From a virus, in the IMG/VR virus record IMGVR_UViG_3300035670_013168, positions 4,147 through 68,146 of that record: DNA of 64,000 nucleotides; one strand, 5' to 3'. Shown one piece after another: positions 10,007 through 20,900 of this stretch. How positions within the stretch are numbered: position 1 is the stretch's first letter; every line of letters begins with the position of its first letter. The translations under genes were made by a program, and so were the position numbers. Below the pieces are notes generated by a model, which saw only the letters and a list, made by a program, of their open reading frames with translations, made no database searches and was not told the origin of the DNA.

Positions 10007-13000
10007 TCACGCGCCATAGGACACTCTAAACGCGAGAGTATAAATATCAAACTTCCTTCTCAATCTCTTTCTAGCAGTAGTGTCACCTGCAATTCTATTT
10101 CTAACTAGTGACTCGTCATAGAAAAAGTGATAAATCCTCTCATAATCGCGATTGGCAATAATTCTGTCGGTTGATGTCAGAGGCATCATTGACGCCATGA
10201 GCCCTGCAAATTTTGCATCATCACTAGTAAATCTTGGAGGAGATCCTACAGATCTAGGTGCCAGCAGAAGTCGAAGGTTCGCTCCAGTCCGCATTCTTCT
10301 TGTTGTGGCGTCAAACATATCAATAAAGCCTGTGGGGCAGAGAGAAAGTCGAGATAGGCTTTGATTAGAAGACACCTGCGCTGCCAAGTCAAGTCCCTGC
10401 GCGCTCATCGAGGGCTCGCCGTATGGGCTAAGTCCGTCTAGGTATCTCACACCTGCCGTCTCATAAACATAGAGGTCTAGAAGGTAGCTCACTAGTGCGT
10501 TTCTGTAGAGAACTAATTTCGATGTCTCAATTGTGTCAACTGTGGGCCTCTCAATAATCTCGCCTGACCTTATCTTATAGAATGTCGTTGACGAGAGAAT
10601 CCTATCTATCACACCTGTAGATGCAGTAACTGGAGCATCAGGATCATAGGCAATGGACCCGGGTAGAACAAATATTTCAGGATCAAATTCCATTATGTCT
10701 GAATCATTTAGTGCATCGACAAATATTCCGCTGCCTCTGTTCACATGAACATCGTCGTACCTGTCCACCTCGATGCGAACGATATTTCCTCTTTTTTGTC
10801 CCTCTGTGCCTCTTCTTGCAGTGTTAAAACCATCGACTCCTGAACTTCTAATTGCAGGTCTATAGAGTGACTCAATTATTCCTCGCCTTAGCCCTAGAGA
10901 TATCACTTGTAGGTCTTCTATTCCTGTGCTGCCATAGACCTCTCTGATAAAGTCTCTCAGAGCAAGTCTCTCAGACCTGCTAGGAACGATGTCTTTTCTC
11001 AAGAAGACAGGACTAGTTGAAAGATAGAGTTGCTCAGCAGCAGCATTTAGATTTGCTTGCTGTTCTGATAGCCCCTCTAGAACATCGGCGTACTTTTCCT
11101 TTTCAGTGACAAACATGTCGTATAGGGTCGCATCTGGCCCTTTTAGCTTGTCTCTCTTTATTGTACTAGAGTTGCTAAGAATGCTGAAGATTTGTGTCAT
11201 TGCAGCCGAAGACGCAGTGACTCCTGCCGCTATTGATTCAAGTATCTTCATCGATGACTTTATGTAGTATCTGTGTTTTGTGAGCCTTGAAATAGAGTCA
11301 CACATTGCGCCCAATGTTGTTATCAGGGTTTGATCGCCCACGACCCTATAATTTACAGACGTATTCGAATCTACACCTGTTAGCCGTTGAATTGCGTCTG
11401 ATGTTACTTCCGATCCATTGATGAGCGAATTAGAGATCGCTGTAACAACTGCGAGACCTCCACGAACTCTTTCTGTAGGCACATAAGTGTTGAATATATT
11501 GAGCCGCCGGTCTGCTTCTTGCTTAGTAACGCCTATGGGCAATATGAGGTACGCCAGCTTTGCGTATATGTCGCAGACAACGTCGATAAATCTATCGTCG
11601 TCACAGTTAGAAAGCATTGTTCTCTTTCCAATGTTCCTGTAGTCGGACTTTGCAGAGTTTCTCTGCGCGAGATTTAGGGCCTCCTTTTGCACTTCTCTTA
11701 TGAATCTCGCAACTAGATTTATGAGATTAGACTTTGAAGAAACGTCTTCATCGTACAGAGGGTACAGATTATTCGAACGCCTTACTCCAGAGAAAGTCCT
11801 GTAATATTTTTTCACGTAGTAAGGCTCAGGCTTGCGAAGACCTGCAGGTGAAGTGCTAAAAACATCGCTGTCTGTTGTGGGCTGATATTGAAACAAAAAC
11901 TCATCAAAATTTAGATCCGGATCATTTTGACTGTCGCCCTTCTCCCAAACGAGCTTTTCATTGGAAAGCTTTTGCTCAGATCCCTCTGCTCTTCTGTCAA
12001 ACTCCCTAAGCATTTGCACAACGGAAATTTTTAAGGCATCGGCAATTGTCACATTGTGTCCTGAAAATCCAGGAACATCTGTGGACCTTTTTGTGATTAG
12101 GCTGTTTGGCCGGCGACCCGCATCAACAAACATTCCGGCAACAAAACAAGACTTTGCTGACACATCACTTTCAGGCTTATCAAGCTCCCTTAAGACATCT
12201 GCAAAGTCTTGCAGGATCCTCGCAGTAAGCAAATGAGGTGCTAGCGGTGTGTCCTCTGATAGTGCTAGAAGCTCGGTCATGTAACTTGACATGTCACCGA
12301 AAAAGCTTCCTATGTCGTTAGAAAATCTCTTCAAAGCACCTCTCTGTGTTGCTGCACTTTCATCGCTAGACTGAATTGCGAGGTCTATGAAGTACTTTTT
12401 ACCAGAGACATAAGGCTTTGATCCATCCACAACAGTGTTGGTCTCAAAGGGCATCACAACAAGCTTTTCTTCTGGCACCTCCTCGCCTAGTGCAAGAAAA
12501 TCGAGGAGTGATCCGGCGCGATCGGGTCCTGTTGTCAAAAATGTTTCAACTCTCTCAGCCCGCTCATTTGGATTAAATCCAAGAACTCTTATGAAAGGGT
12601 TTAGGATAAATGGGTTTTCTGTGTCTCGCTCTATGAATCTATTTCCTAATGCAGACCCTAGAAGGCGGCCTAACCCAGCTGAAATGATCATTTCATTGGA
12701 AAGGCACGTGATCATGTGAACAGCAATATCCCAGGCCTCATCAACAGATGTGTCTTTCCCTGCGCTAATGGCACCTCTCAGCCTTCTTTTTCCGAGATCA
12801 TTCATTGACATCATGAACGCCTGAGGAATTGACTTTTCGTTTTGTAGAAACAGATCAGTTGTGGTAGGAATTTTTCCTATGTCATCTAACGATAACGCAT
12901 ATCCTGCCTTATAAGTTACAGTCTCTGGAATCCGAATTATTCGAGAGGATCTTGCCCGGGCGAGATACTTGCGATCAATATTCTTGAGAAGCGTAGGATG

Positions 13001-13708
13001 AACGCTTATCGCAGAAAAGAACATGTCCTGTGCGATCACAATTATTCTGCCTGTGTTAGTTAGATAGCCATCAACTCCATACCTTGTGTCGCTTGTAGGA
13101 AATGTGAGCGCAATGTAGTCATCAATGCTGAGTGGAAGCTGTTTGTTCGATGCCTCACTGAGCACAGTTATCTTTCCCAATGAATCTACAGCACGTTGCA
13201 TTATCTGAGGCGAGAGTCTCGTGATATCTAGACCTGTTGCAGCAATATCTGAGGTCTTCTGGATATAAGACACTGCCTGAATCTTGTCGCGCGCGCTCTT
13301 AAGGTCCTGCTTAGTCCTCTCCTTTGCCGCAGTTCCAGTTCCGCGAGGATCGCTGTTTAGAATCTCAGCGACACCCTTCACTAGGGCTTCATTAACAATC
13401 TGTTTCTCAAATTGACCGGTCTCTAGTAGTTTATCCATGTATGTGGAGCTAACTGTGGGCAGTCTAAGTGCTGATAGTACTACGGGCTGGGGCCCTAGGC
13501 TTGACTCAAGTATTCTACTGCTCATACTTGAGTCAGAAGAATCTAGAACTATACCCACTGTGGTGCTGGTGCTGTCTGATCTCGTGAGAACCGGAGTGCC
13601 GGTTGGAGTCAATACGATTCCATCCACACTTATAGAGTCAGGCCTGTCGCTATCCGTGCTAGAGAGGGGGCTAGTTGATGCAGAAGTATCTCTTATGTGA
13701 CTAGTCAT
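10007..13708 (-). CDS. Large hypothetical protein (1233 aa) in virion block
   Basis: Long uninterrupted ORF tightly packed with neighbours; no recognisable motif. Confidence 0.6.
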   Translation of the reverse strand: MTSHIRDTSASTSPLSSTDSDRPDSISVDGIVLTPTGTPVLTRSDSTSTTVGIVLDSSDSSMSSRILESSLGPQPVVLSALRLPTVSSTYMDKLLETGQFEKQIVNEALVKGVAEILNSDPRGTGTAAKERTKQDLKSARDKIQAVSYIQKTSDIAATGLDITRLSPQIMQRAVDSLGKITVLSEASNKQLPLSIDDYIALTFPTSDTRYGVDGYLTNTGRIIVIAQDMFFSAISVHPTLLKNIDRKYLARARSSRIIRIPETVTYKAGYALSLDDIGKIPTTTDLFLQNEKSIPQAFMMSMNDLGKRRLRGAISAGKDTSVDEAWDIAVHMITCLSNEMIISAGLGRLLGSALGNRFIERDTENPFILNPFIRVLGFNPNERAERVETFLTTGPDRAGSLLDFLALGEEVPEEKLVVMPFETNTVVDGSKPYVSGKKYFIDLAIQSSDESAATQRGALKRFSNDIGSFFGDMSSYMTELLALSEDTPLAPHLLTARILQDFADVLRELDKPESDVSAKSCFVAGMFVDAGRRPNSLITKRSTDVPGFSGHNVTIADALKISVVQMLREFDRRAEGSEQKLSNEKLVWEKGDSQNDPDLNFDEFLFQYQPTTDSDVFSTSPAGLRKPEPYYVKKYYRTFSGVRRSNNLYPLYDEDVSSKSNLINLVARFIREVQKEALNLAQRNSAKSDYRNIGKRTMLSNCDDDRFIDVVCDIYAKLAYLILPIGVTKQEADRRLNIFNTYVPTERVRGGLAVVTAISNSLINGSEVTSDAIQRLTGVDSNTSVNYRVVGDQTLITTLGAMCDSISRLTKHRYYIKSSMKILESIAAGVTASSAAMTQIFSILSNSSTIKRDKLKGPDATLYDMFVTEKEKYADVLEGLSEQQANLNAAAEQLYLSTSPVFLRKDIVPSRSERLALRDFIREVYGSTGIEDLQVISLGLRRGIIESLYRPAIRSSGVDGFNTARRGTEGQKRGNIVRIEVDRYDDVHVNRGSGIFVDALNDSDIMEFDPEIFVLPGSIAYDPDAPVTASTGVIDRILSSTTFYKIRSGEIIERPTVDTIETSKLVLYRNALVSYLLDLYVYETAGVRYLDGLSPYGEPSMSAQGLDLAAQVSSNQSLSRLSLCPTGFIDMFDATTRRMRTGANLRLLLAPRSVGSPPRFTSDDAKFAGLMASMMPLTSTDRIIANRDYERIYHFFYDESLVRNRIAGDTTARKRLRRKFDIYTLAFRVSYGA

Positions 13709-13712
13709 TCTT

Positions 13713-16700
13713 CTACCTCTTTGTGGGATTGAGCGACTTTTCTAAGTCAATTCTATCTGTTGAGAAAAGAGCGTTTCTGTCTGCAATGGTCTGGTCTACA
13801 GGATTACTGATTGTTGCGTCACCATAAGACAGCTCATCAACACTAGAGTTTAGAAGATTGTACTCTTCTGATCCAGGCGTCAATTGACTAATGTCGGTAC
13901 CTAGTCTCACAATAGACTGTCTTCTCACAGCCTCATCAAGTATCTTTATAGGCATTGTCGATCCCGCATACACTTGATTGCTTACAGCGTCATTAGACCT
14001 TGACATGTCCATGTAAATTGCTTTCACAGAATATCTAACTGGAACGATCTCATGCACAAATAACTCATCTGCTATTTCATACCTTTCGTCATCAGACGCA
14101 TTAACAGAAATTGATCTTAGAGGAAATGTATTTTCCTCTCCCACAGTAATGTCAACCTGATATGATAGCACATTTGATGTGTCACCTTCAGACTGCCAAC
14201 TTATGATGTTTGCTGCGCGACCACCTACGTTTCTAGTGACTGACACATTTCTTGGAGCACCGCTCTGTCCTGGTATTGTGACAAGTGCACTATACATGAT
14301 TCCAGTATATGAATTTTCGGCCTCATTTCTAAAGTTTAGCTCCTTTGATAGTGCCGTAGTGCCGACAACCACTCCGTTCTTAACTGCAAAATTCTCACCA
14401 AACTTTTTAGAAGAGACTCTTATGAAGTTAGGATCACCTGATTCGATGCTTTGCTGAGTGGCTGCCGGCAGCCTAGTAATGGCCTCTCTAAAAAATCTCT
14501 CAGCATTTACAATTAAGAGCTTAGCTGTGTAAAGATACTTGTTGCCTGGCTGAAGGTCGAGTGAAGTTTCACGTGGAAATCCAGATGTCGCCTTTAGCCT
14601 CGTTTTGGTGTTATCAACAAATTTTCCTGGTCTCTGTAGTGGCCATGTCACTATCTCTTTTGTTCTAATGTTCTTTCTTGAGACTGAGTACAGCAGCAAA
14701 TTCGATATGAGCGACCTATCTCTTCTAAGCTCCTCAATAAAGATGGGGCTCACACCTGCCTCTGAGAGAATTCTATTTAGTTCATCAAGCCCTTCGTCGC
14801 TTATAGAGGCGGACAGGTCAAATGAGACAGATGAGTTTGATGTCCTTGTTGTAACATCAATATTGCTTATCGATGAGACTATTGACTTTTTAGGAGGGAT
14901 TCTATATTCTAAAAACTCCTCTGAATTTGAGACGGTCCTCTGTCTATCCTTCCAATCAAATAGAACGTAATAGCGATATAGACCTCTATCGACAAGGTTA
15001 TATGAAAAGTCCTGAAATACTGCGACAGTGCTCTCATCTGTCACTGCGAAAAAATCCTGTCCCAGACCCTCATCGCTATCAATAGCACGTGTTCTCACCG
15101 TTAGATGATCCACAGCATTTCTCTTCAGCTGTGAAGTATTTATTAGCTGACGCTTTAGGAAGACTCGACTAACGCCCAGTGGTATATCACTCACCTCTAT
15201 AGAGATGTCTTTGTCATCCTGTCTTACAACAATAGTGCAGTCTCCATAAGTCTTTTTGTTTGAAATTACCGCAGCCCTCTTTATCCCCTCCTGGATTGCT
15301 CTAGAGGTTGAAGAGCAAATAGTTCCGTTGACACCGCTGCACCTTGCCTCATATATCACAATATTGGGACGAACGTTTGAGCCAATATTTCTGTCAACTA
15401 TTCTGATAGGCCCACTCTTGTTATTTGCTCTAACGTCTGCAATTCTTGACCATCTTGTCTGAGACATTGACTCAGGATTGACAACTGCTCTGTACACAGT
15501 TATATCTGTTGCTAAGGGATCATTTTGTCTAACAAGAATCTCAGTGCTGCCTAGAGCTTGTCTTGCTATCTTTATAGTTGGTGGCTCACTTGGTGTGAGA
15601 ATTGTCTTGAGTTGACGCCTATAAGAAATATTGTAGATTCGTCTGTGACTCACTCTATTGTCTCTATCCATGAGGCACATCTCGATCCAGATCTGGGGTG
15701 TTGCTGTGGGCTTAAGCGCACCAAAGCTCAAATCAAAGTCTGCTCTATACTGACGGAGGAATGATCTAAAGCTCACTCTTTGCACAGGAAACTTTACAAA
15801 TGGGCTTCCTCCTGCGCTTAGAGAAGAGATTGAGGCAGACTTTTTATACAGACGCTCTAAGAACTGATTTCCACCAAACGTCGCTTGTTTTTGAGTCTCA
15901 AAATTCTGCCTTCCGCTAGGAGCAACACTCACATACTCACTCACGTTTAGCCTTCCTGCCTTGCTCACTTCAACTTGACCTCCTACTGATTCTTCTGTCA
16001 TCGCTTGATATAAGACAGGATTTTTAGGAGAACCGGCGAGTGCAGTAGGTCCGGACGCATAGTAAAAGTTTGCGTGAACAGTAGGATCATCAAATTTGTC
16101 AAGTAGGGACTTTTGAGACAAGTATTGAAAACTATCCTTCTCAAGTCTATTGATGCTTGTTAGAAGCAGGCTGTCAACTTTACAACGCTGATTATTCACG
16201 CTGTTGTTTCCAACTCTATAGAGGCCTCTTACTTGCTCAGTCACGAGCACACTGTATTCCTGATCTAGTCCTAGGTCTTGAAGAACTTGTGAGACTGTCT
16301 TTGCCTTTAATCTGTCTCTTGCAGATGCGGCACCAGTAGCATAGACATCATTTACCGCTCTAACACTCGCATCAGATATGCCTATGTCAACGCTGAACTC
16401 CTTTATTAGTCCATCAGACCTCTCTCCTATCTTAAGCTCGTCTTTGCTTGAGCTCGCCTTACCTAGGACGCTGCTGGGGATCTTTGTAATAGCATCACCG
16501 TATCCAGAGACTCCGCCTCGAATTTTTGAAGTGCCAGTCATTGACACTGCAAATCTCTCATTAAAGTACTGACGTGTGCCTATCTTTGATGTTATTGTTG
16601 AGTTAGCTTTTAGAGTAGGATCTTTTCTGTATATCTTAAATCTGACTTTTCTAATGTTTGACCTATTGGCTGCCTCCATGTCTACATAAAAGTTGGTCTC

Positions 16701-16904
16701 AAAGGAAAAATAACCATCCCCATCAAAAATGTCGTCAATTGATGAGACAGACCCGGGTCTATACTGAATGTCGCGCAGGCTCACGAAATTCTGTGTTGAG
16801 TCAGTATCTGAGTCAATAGGAAACTTGACTATCCTGTCAAATTCCAGGTCCTCTTTTGCGCTCTTTCCTGTGGTTATTACAGGATCAACAACTTTAAACT
16901 TCAT
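13713..16904 (-). CDS. Large hypothetical protein (1063 aa), possible Fn3/Ig-like repeats
   Basis: Long ORF; APRNVSV...IISW...SYQV...YSVKAI Fn3-like segment; ATGA overlap with upstream gene. Confidence 0.6.
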   Translation of the reverse strand: MKFKVVDPVITTGKSAKEDLEFDRIVKFPIDSDTDSTQNFVSLRDIQYRPGSVSSIDDIFDGDGYFSFETNFYVDMEAANRSNIRKVRFKIYRKDPTLKANSTITSKIGTRQYFNERFAVSMTGTSKIRGGVSGYGDAITKIPSSVLGKASSSKDELKIGERSDGLIKEFSVDIGISDASVRAVNDVYATGAASARDRLKAKTVSQVLQDLGLDQEYSVLVTEQVRGLYRVGNNSVNNQRCKVDSLLLTSINRLEKDSFQYLSQKSLLDKFDDPTVHANFYYASGPTALAGSPKNPVLYQAMTEESVGGQVEVSKAGRLNVSEYVSVAPSGRQNFETQKQATFGGNQFLERLYKKSASISSLSAGGSPFVKFPVQRVSFRSFLRQYRADFDLSFGALKPTATPQIWIEMCLMDRDNRVSHRRIYNISYRRQLKTILTPSEPPTIKIARQALGSTEILVRQNDPLATDITVYRAVVNPESMSQTRWSRIADVRANNKSGPIRIVDRNIGSNVRPNIVIYEARCSGVNGTICSSTSRAIQEGIKRAAVISNKKTYGDCTIVVRQDDKDISIEVSDIPLGVSRVFLKRQLINTSQLKRNAVDHLTVRTRAIDSDEGLGQDFFAVTDESTVAVFQDFSYNLVDRGLYRYYVLFDWKDRQRTVSNSEEFLEYRIPPKKSIVSSISNIDVTTRTSNSSVSFDLSASISDEGLDELNRILSEAGVSPIFIEELRRDRSLISNLLLYSVSRKNIRTKEIVTWPLQRPGKFVDNTKTRLKATSGFPRETSLDLQPGNKYLYTAKLLIVNAERFFREAITRLPAATQQSIESGDPNFIRVSSKKFGENFAVKNGVVVGTTALSKELNFRNEAENSYTGIMYSALVTIPGQSGAPRNVSVTRNVGGRAANIISWQSEGDTSNVLSYQVDITVGEENTFPLRSISVNASDDERYEIADELFVHEIVPVRYSVKAIYMDMSRSNDAVSNQVYAGSTMPIKILDEAVRRQSIVRLGTDISQLTPGSEEYNLLNSSVDELSYGDATISNPVDQTIADRNALFSTDRIDLEKSLNPTKR

Positions 16905-17881
16905 ACATCAAGCTCCAGTGTAAAGATGTTGAAATACTTTAGCGATCCATCCTTCGCTCGAGTCATCTTTCCTAGGAAGAAAACATGCACTCCGGCGGAG
17001 GTACCCTTCTCATTTGGAAAGACACCGTAGTCAATAATTGACAGCTTCTTCACGGTTCCATCAAATCCACTGAACTCAAATGGCTGTAGAATGACATTAT
17101 TGTCCCTGCTTGTTGGATCAAATCTTACTTCCTTGACTTCCTTGCCTTTTAGCTCTTGTTTAAGAGAGTCGTAAGTGAGTATCTCAGGCTGATTTAGACG
17201 AGCATAGTTTCCTGTCTGCTTACCAGACAATGTGCCTGCTCCTTTTTTGTTTATTGGAGGAAGAAACTTATAGTTGGGGAAATGTGCAAATCTCCTATCA
17301 AAGACTATTGCATCAAATGATGAAAGAGCAGGCGCTCTAAATTCGCCTATGTCTGTTGTGTAAAGCCAAGTGTTTATAGGGTTATCAACAGACGCTCTAA
17401 ATGTTATGCTATCATTGGACAGCTCAAAACCTTGCTTATAGGAGAAGACATCCTCCTTCGATATGAGCTGATTGTCAGTAAAATTCTGTGTTATTCCTGT
17501 CAGAACATCGTCAGCGCTACTAACCACAGACGAGCCTGTAAATGTGAGATAAGAGCTAGCGCTCAGAGGCTGCTCAGACAAGAGTGCGACTTGCTCACCT
17601 GATAGTGTGTATGACCCTGATGACTCTGCAGTGTCAAAACTTGAGATAGATCCCAGGAATGACTCAACTACAATTCTATCCTGACACCTGCTTTGTGCCT
17701 CAAAGTGAATCCTTGATGAAGCATCAGTGGCAACACCATCAGCGTCCTCGCTGTAAAAATCTCCTAGATCAGAGAACGAAGCGTACGCTATTCTAAGATC
17801 TCCATCCCTCACCTGACGCCGTCCCTCGTCAGTTAGAATGAAGTCCATCACACGCGTTTTGGGATCAAGTATTCCTGCCAT
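16901..17881 (-). CDS. Putative virion structural protein, paralogue of 7303..7995
   Basis: MAGILDPKTRVMDFILTDEGRRQ N-terminus; GGAG RBS and ATACTTA upstream. Confidence 0.65.
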   Translation of the reverse strand: MAGILDPKTRVMDFILTDEGRRQVRDGDLRIAYASFSDLGDFYSEDADGVATDASSRIHFEAQSRCQDRIVVESFLGSISSFDTAESSGSYTLSGEQVALLSEQPLSASSYLTFTGSSVVSSADDVLTGITQNFTDNQLISKEDVFSYKQGFELSNDSITFRASVDNPINTWLYTTDIGEFRAPALSSFDAIVFDRRFAHFPNYKFLPPINKKGAGTLSGKQTGNYARLNQPEILTYDSLKQELKGKEVKEVRFDPTSRDNNVILQPFEFSGFDGTVKKLSIIDYGVFPNEKGTSAGVHVFFLGKMTRAKDGSLKYFNIFTLELDV

Positions 17882-17891
17882 CGCTCTCCAG

Positions 17892-17898
17892 TAAGTAT
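17892..17898 (-). promoter_or_regulatory. Putative late promoter ATANTTA (ATACTTA)
   Basis: Same heptamer as 8015-8021, 10 nt before the ATG. Confidence 0.55.
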
Positions 17899-17931
17899 TA
17901 CCCTAGCAAAGCTGTCACTACAACTGTGCTA

Positions 17932-20900
17932 CTATAGATTCTCAGGAAGCACGGTGTCGCGATCCCAGATCTGACCATAGTCAGCAAGTGCATCATCATA
18001 TGGGTGCTCAGAGGTGGCGAACTTTGATATGTTGGAAGAGTTTGTGTCTTCTCCTGAAGCAAGATTCAGTGTTCCTGCAGGCGCACTTCTATTAATGAAT
18101 ATCACATCAACCGAAGCTTCAGATAATGATGCAGATCTTCGTCTTCGAGATGCATCATAGCACTTAGTCAGCTGTCTTTGCTCTAACATGTCACGAAAGT
18201 GACCGAAGTGTCTTCCGCTAAATACTGATTTGGTGAACAAAGGGATTGGGTTGATAAGTCCGTGTTTTGTTCCTCTATACACCATGCCTTCTAAACCTAC
18301 AACAACTACTGCAAAGATATCACGTTGATACATTGGAAGCCTAAAGTATCCATCTCCAAAACAGCCCATGAATCTAGAGAGTTTTGGATTGTAAGATCCA
18401 AATATCGGACTGGAGATGTCCTTTGCAGATCCTGACACAAATCCTAATGGGCCACCTAGGTATGGTTCTGTGTCAAAATCGTCATCTGTTGTCGGAATTC
18501 CCATAATGCCATATCCAGTCACTGATGGTGATACTACTAGCGCTCTGTCGGCCGACAATTGATTGTCATATGTGTCTCTAAAGCCCAGATATGAAATTTT
18601 CTGTAAGCCATGACTTTCCTGGCTGGATGGAGTTAGGCTTGACTTGAATCTGTAAGTTTCTACAGGAGATCTAAGAATTAGCTTAGAATCAATTTTAGGA
18701 ACTCTTGGAATATTTCTATAAATCGAGTCAAAGGGAAAGCTTCCTATGAACACTCTATTTGCAAATAACCCAGTATTGTAGTACGGATCGCTTGGTAGTC
18801 CATCAACTGATCCGCTTGGAGGCATAATAAATGCCCATGCAATATCTTTGTCTGCATTTGTTGAAAGTGCTCTGGCAGTCGATCCCTCATATTCGAATAG
18901 AAGCTTAATTGGATTAGGCTGCATTGAGTCATAATATTGTTCACTTAAATCATAGGCAGACAAATTTCTAGAAAATGAATACCTCTGCTTAAGATTACCA
19001 TCACTGGCACGAGCACCTACTACACGAACGCCAAATGTTCCACTATTTAGAATGTTCTCATCAGTAACAATGAGCGCGCCGCGGCTGCCTTTTGTCACCA
19101 TTGATCCTGTGACATACTCCTCTCGCATGCTTCCAGAGAACACCATCGTAGGCTCCGAGTCAAACTGATCTAGAACCCATGGGCCACTCGGAATGGTCTC
19201 GTGGAGAGCCTCTGACGTGAGACACTCTTGAAATATATTGTGGACAGGCTTATTGTCCTTGAGGTAAGAGCCGTAGAGAGTGATCTTTCCTTTTCCAGCG
19301 AGAATGTTGAAAGTAGTTTCAGGATTGCTGGAAGTAATGTCATTTGAAATAGGAGACTGCCAACCAAACACAAGTTTGTCTCCTGGTCTTATGAGATACG
19401 GGGAAGGCTCACTGTCCTTTCCAGGATGTGGAGCGTCTACTGAATACTTCCCTAATAGACCGCCGAAAGGAATGTAATCATATTTGTAAGCTATTTCCGG
19501 TCCTAGGAACTCTGACCTATAAGCTCTTCCTGTTGGGATGTCTATGGAATTTCTTGTCGAAGAAAGCTTGGAGCTATACAGTCCTGTGTAGTTATCTGTT
19601 GGTGTATTTACTGCTTGGAAATTATAATACGAATTTGACTCACTGCTTGAAGGCGCACGAACAGGAGCTGCTAGAGTAAATGATCCACTAAATGTTCCAC
19701 TTGGTGGAACCTCAATTGCAAGATCCATAAAGTCTGCAGGATGTGGAAATTCTGGCTCTATGTCTGCGTCTATTTCCTCATCATAAGATGGCCAGACTGT
19801 TCCCACTCTTGCAAAAGTGACTAAGTCACGCACAGTGTCGACGTATACTTGCGGACCAGATCTTGAGAGCTGTAAGTTTCTAGGAATTCCGCCGTTGTTG
19901 TATGACTTTATGAGGTAATTACCACCTCTAGATGGAATAGAGTAAGCTGTAATTAGAATACCGTTGAGTCTTGAGTAAATGTAAGCTTTAGTGTAAGAGA
20001 TCTCTTGTCCCGGATTAGGATTTGCCTTCCTCTGGTTGAGAATGAAGAAAGTTCCTCCAGATCCCTCGTAGTCATTGCTTGTAAGACGACTCTGCAAATT
20101 TGGCATCGATGCCGAGAACTCATAGACAATTTTCTCAACAAGAAATGGCCTATCAACAATGTTTTCAGCATCTAGCTGCTGTGATCCAGTTGCATGATAT
20201 TTTGGGTGTAGAGGAAATCCAAAAGTGTCAGTTGGAGACGCCCATCCCGGTTCTGTGAAGACCTTTTTTTCACCAGTAAATGTAGATCTTAGCTGAGGAT
20301 CTATTATGTCCAAATCTATAGTAGTAGAAAAGAATGGCGCTGGTAAACTACCGACGCTATTTTGCTTTGAGTTCTTCCAGTTTGGTCCGAAGCCTATATA
20401 GCCTCTATCAAACACATCATCTAGAGTTGTTGCAGTACTTACTTGAAGACCTTTTCCAATCGGCTCCCATCGCCTACTGTCAAAGTTATAGTAGGCCATG
20501 GTGTAGTTAGGATCTCCGCCAGATAGATGAAGAGTTGTATCAACTGTCGGTGTGAGGTCGATAACAATCTTGTCCTTATTTCTCAGCGGCTCATCGAGAG
20601 GGCCTAAAGTCGATCCTCTAGTGAAGAACTCGTCATCCACCTCTGTCTGTGTGCCATAAAGTGATGAGCCTCCGGAGACGCCAAAAGCTGCCTGTGAATT
20701 TGTCTCATCGAACGGAGTGAACTCACAAACTGGATGCTGGTCTGACAGTACATTGACGAGGCCTCCCGCTCCGGCACCAGGTACCTCAAGTGTGCCGGCG
20801 TGAGGTGTGGCCATCATCTTCCTTACAATCGATCTTGCGGAAGAGAATGGATCGCCTGAATCATACGGCACACCAAACGGAAAATTTGCTGTACTTTCAG

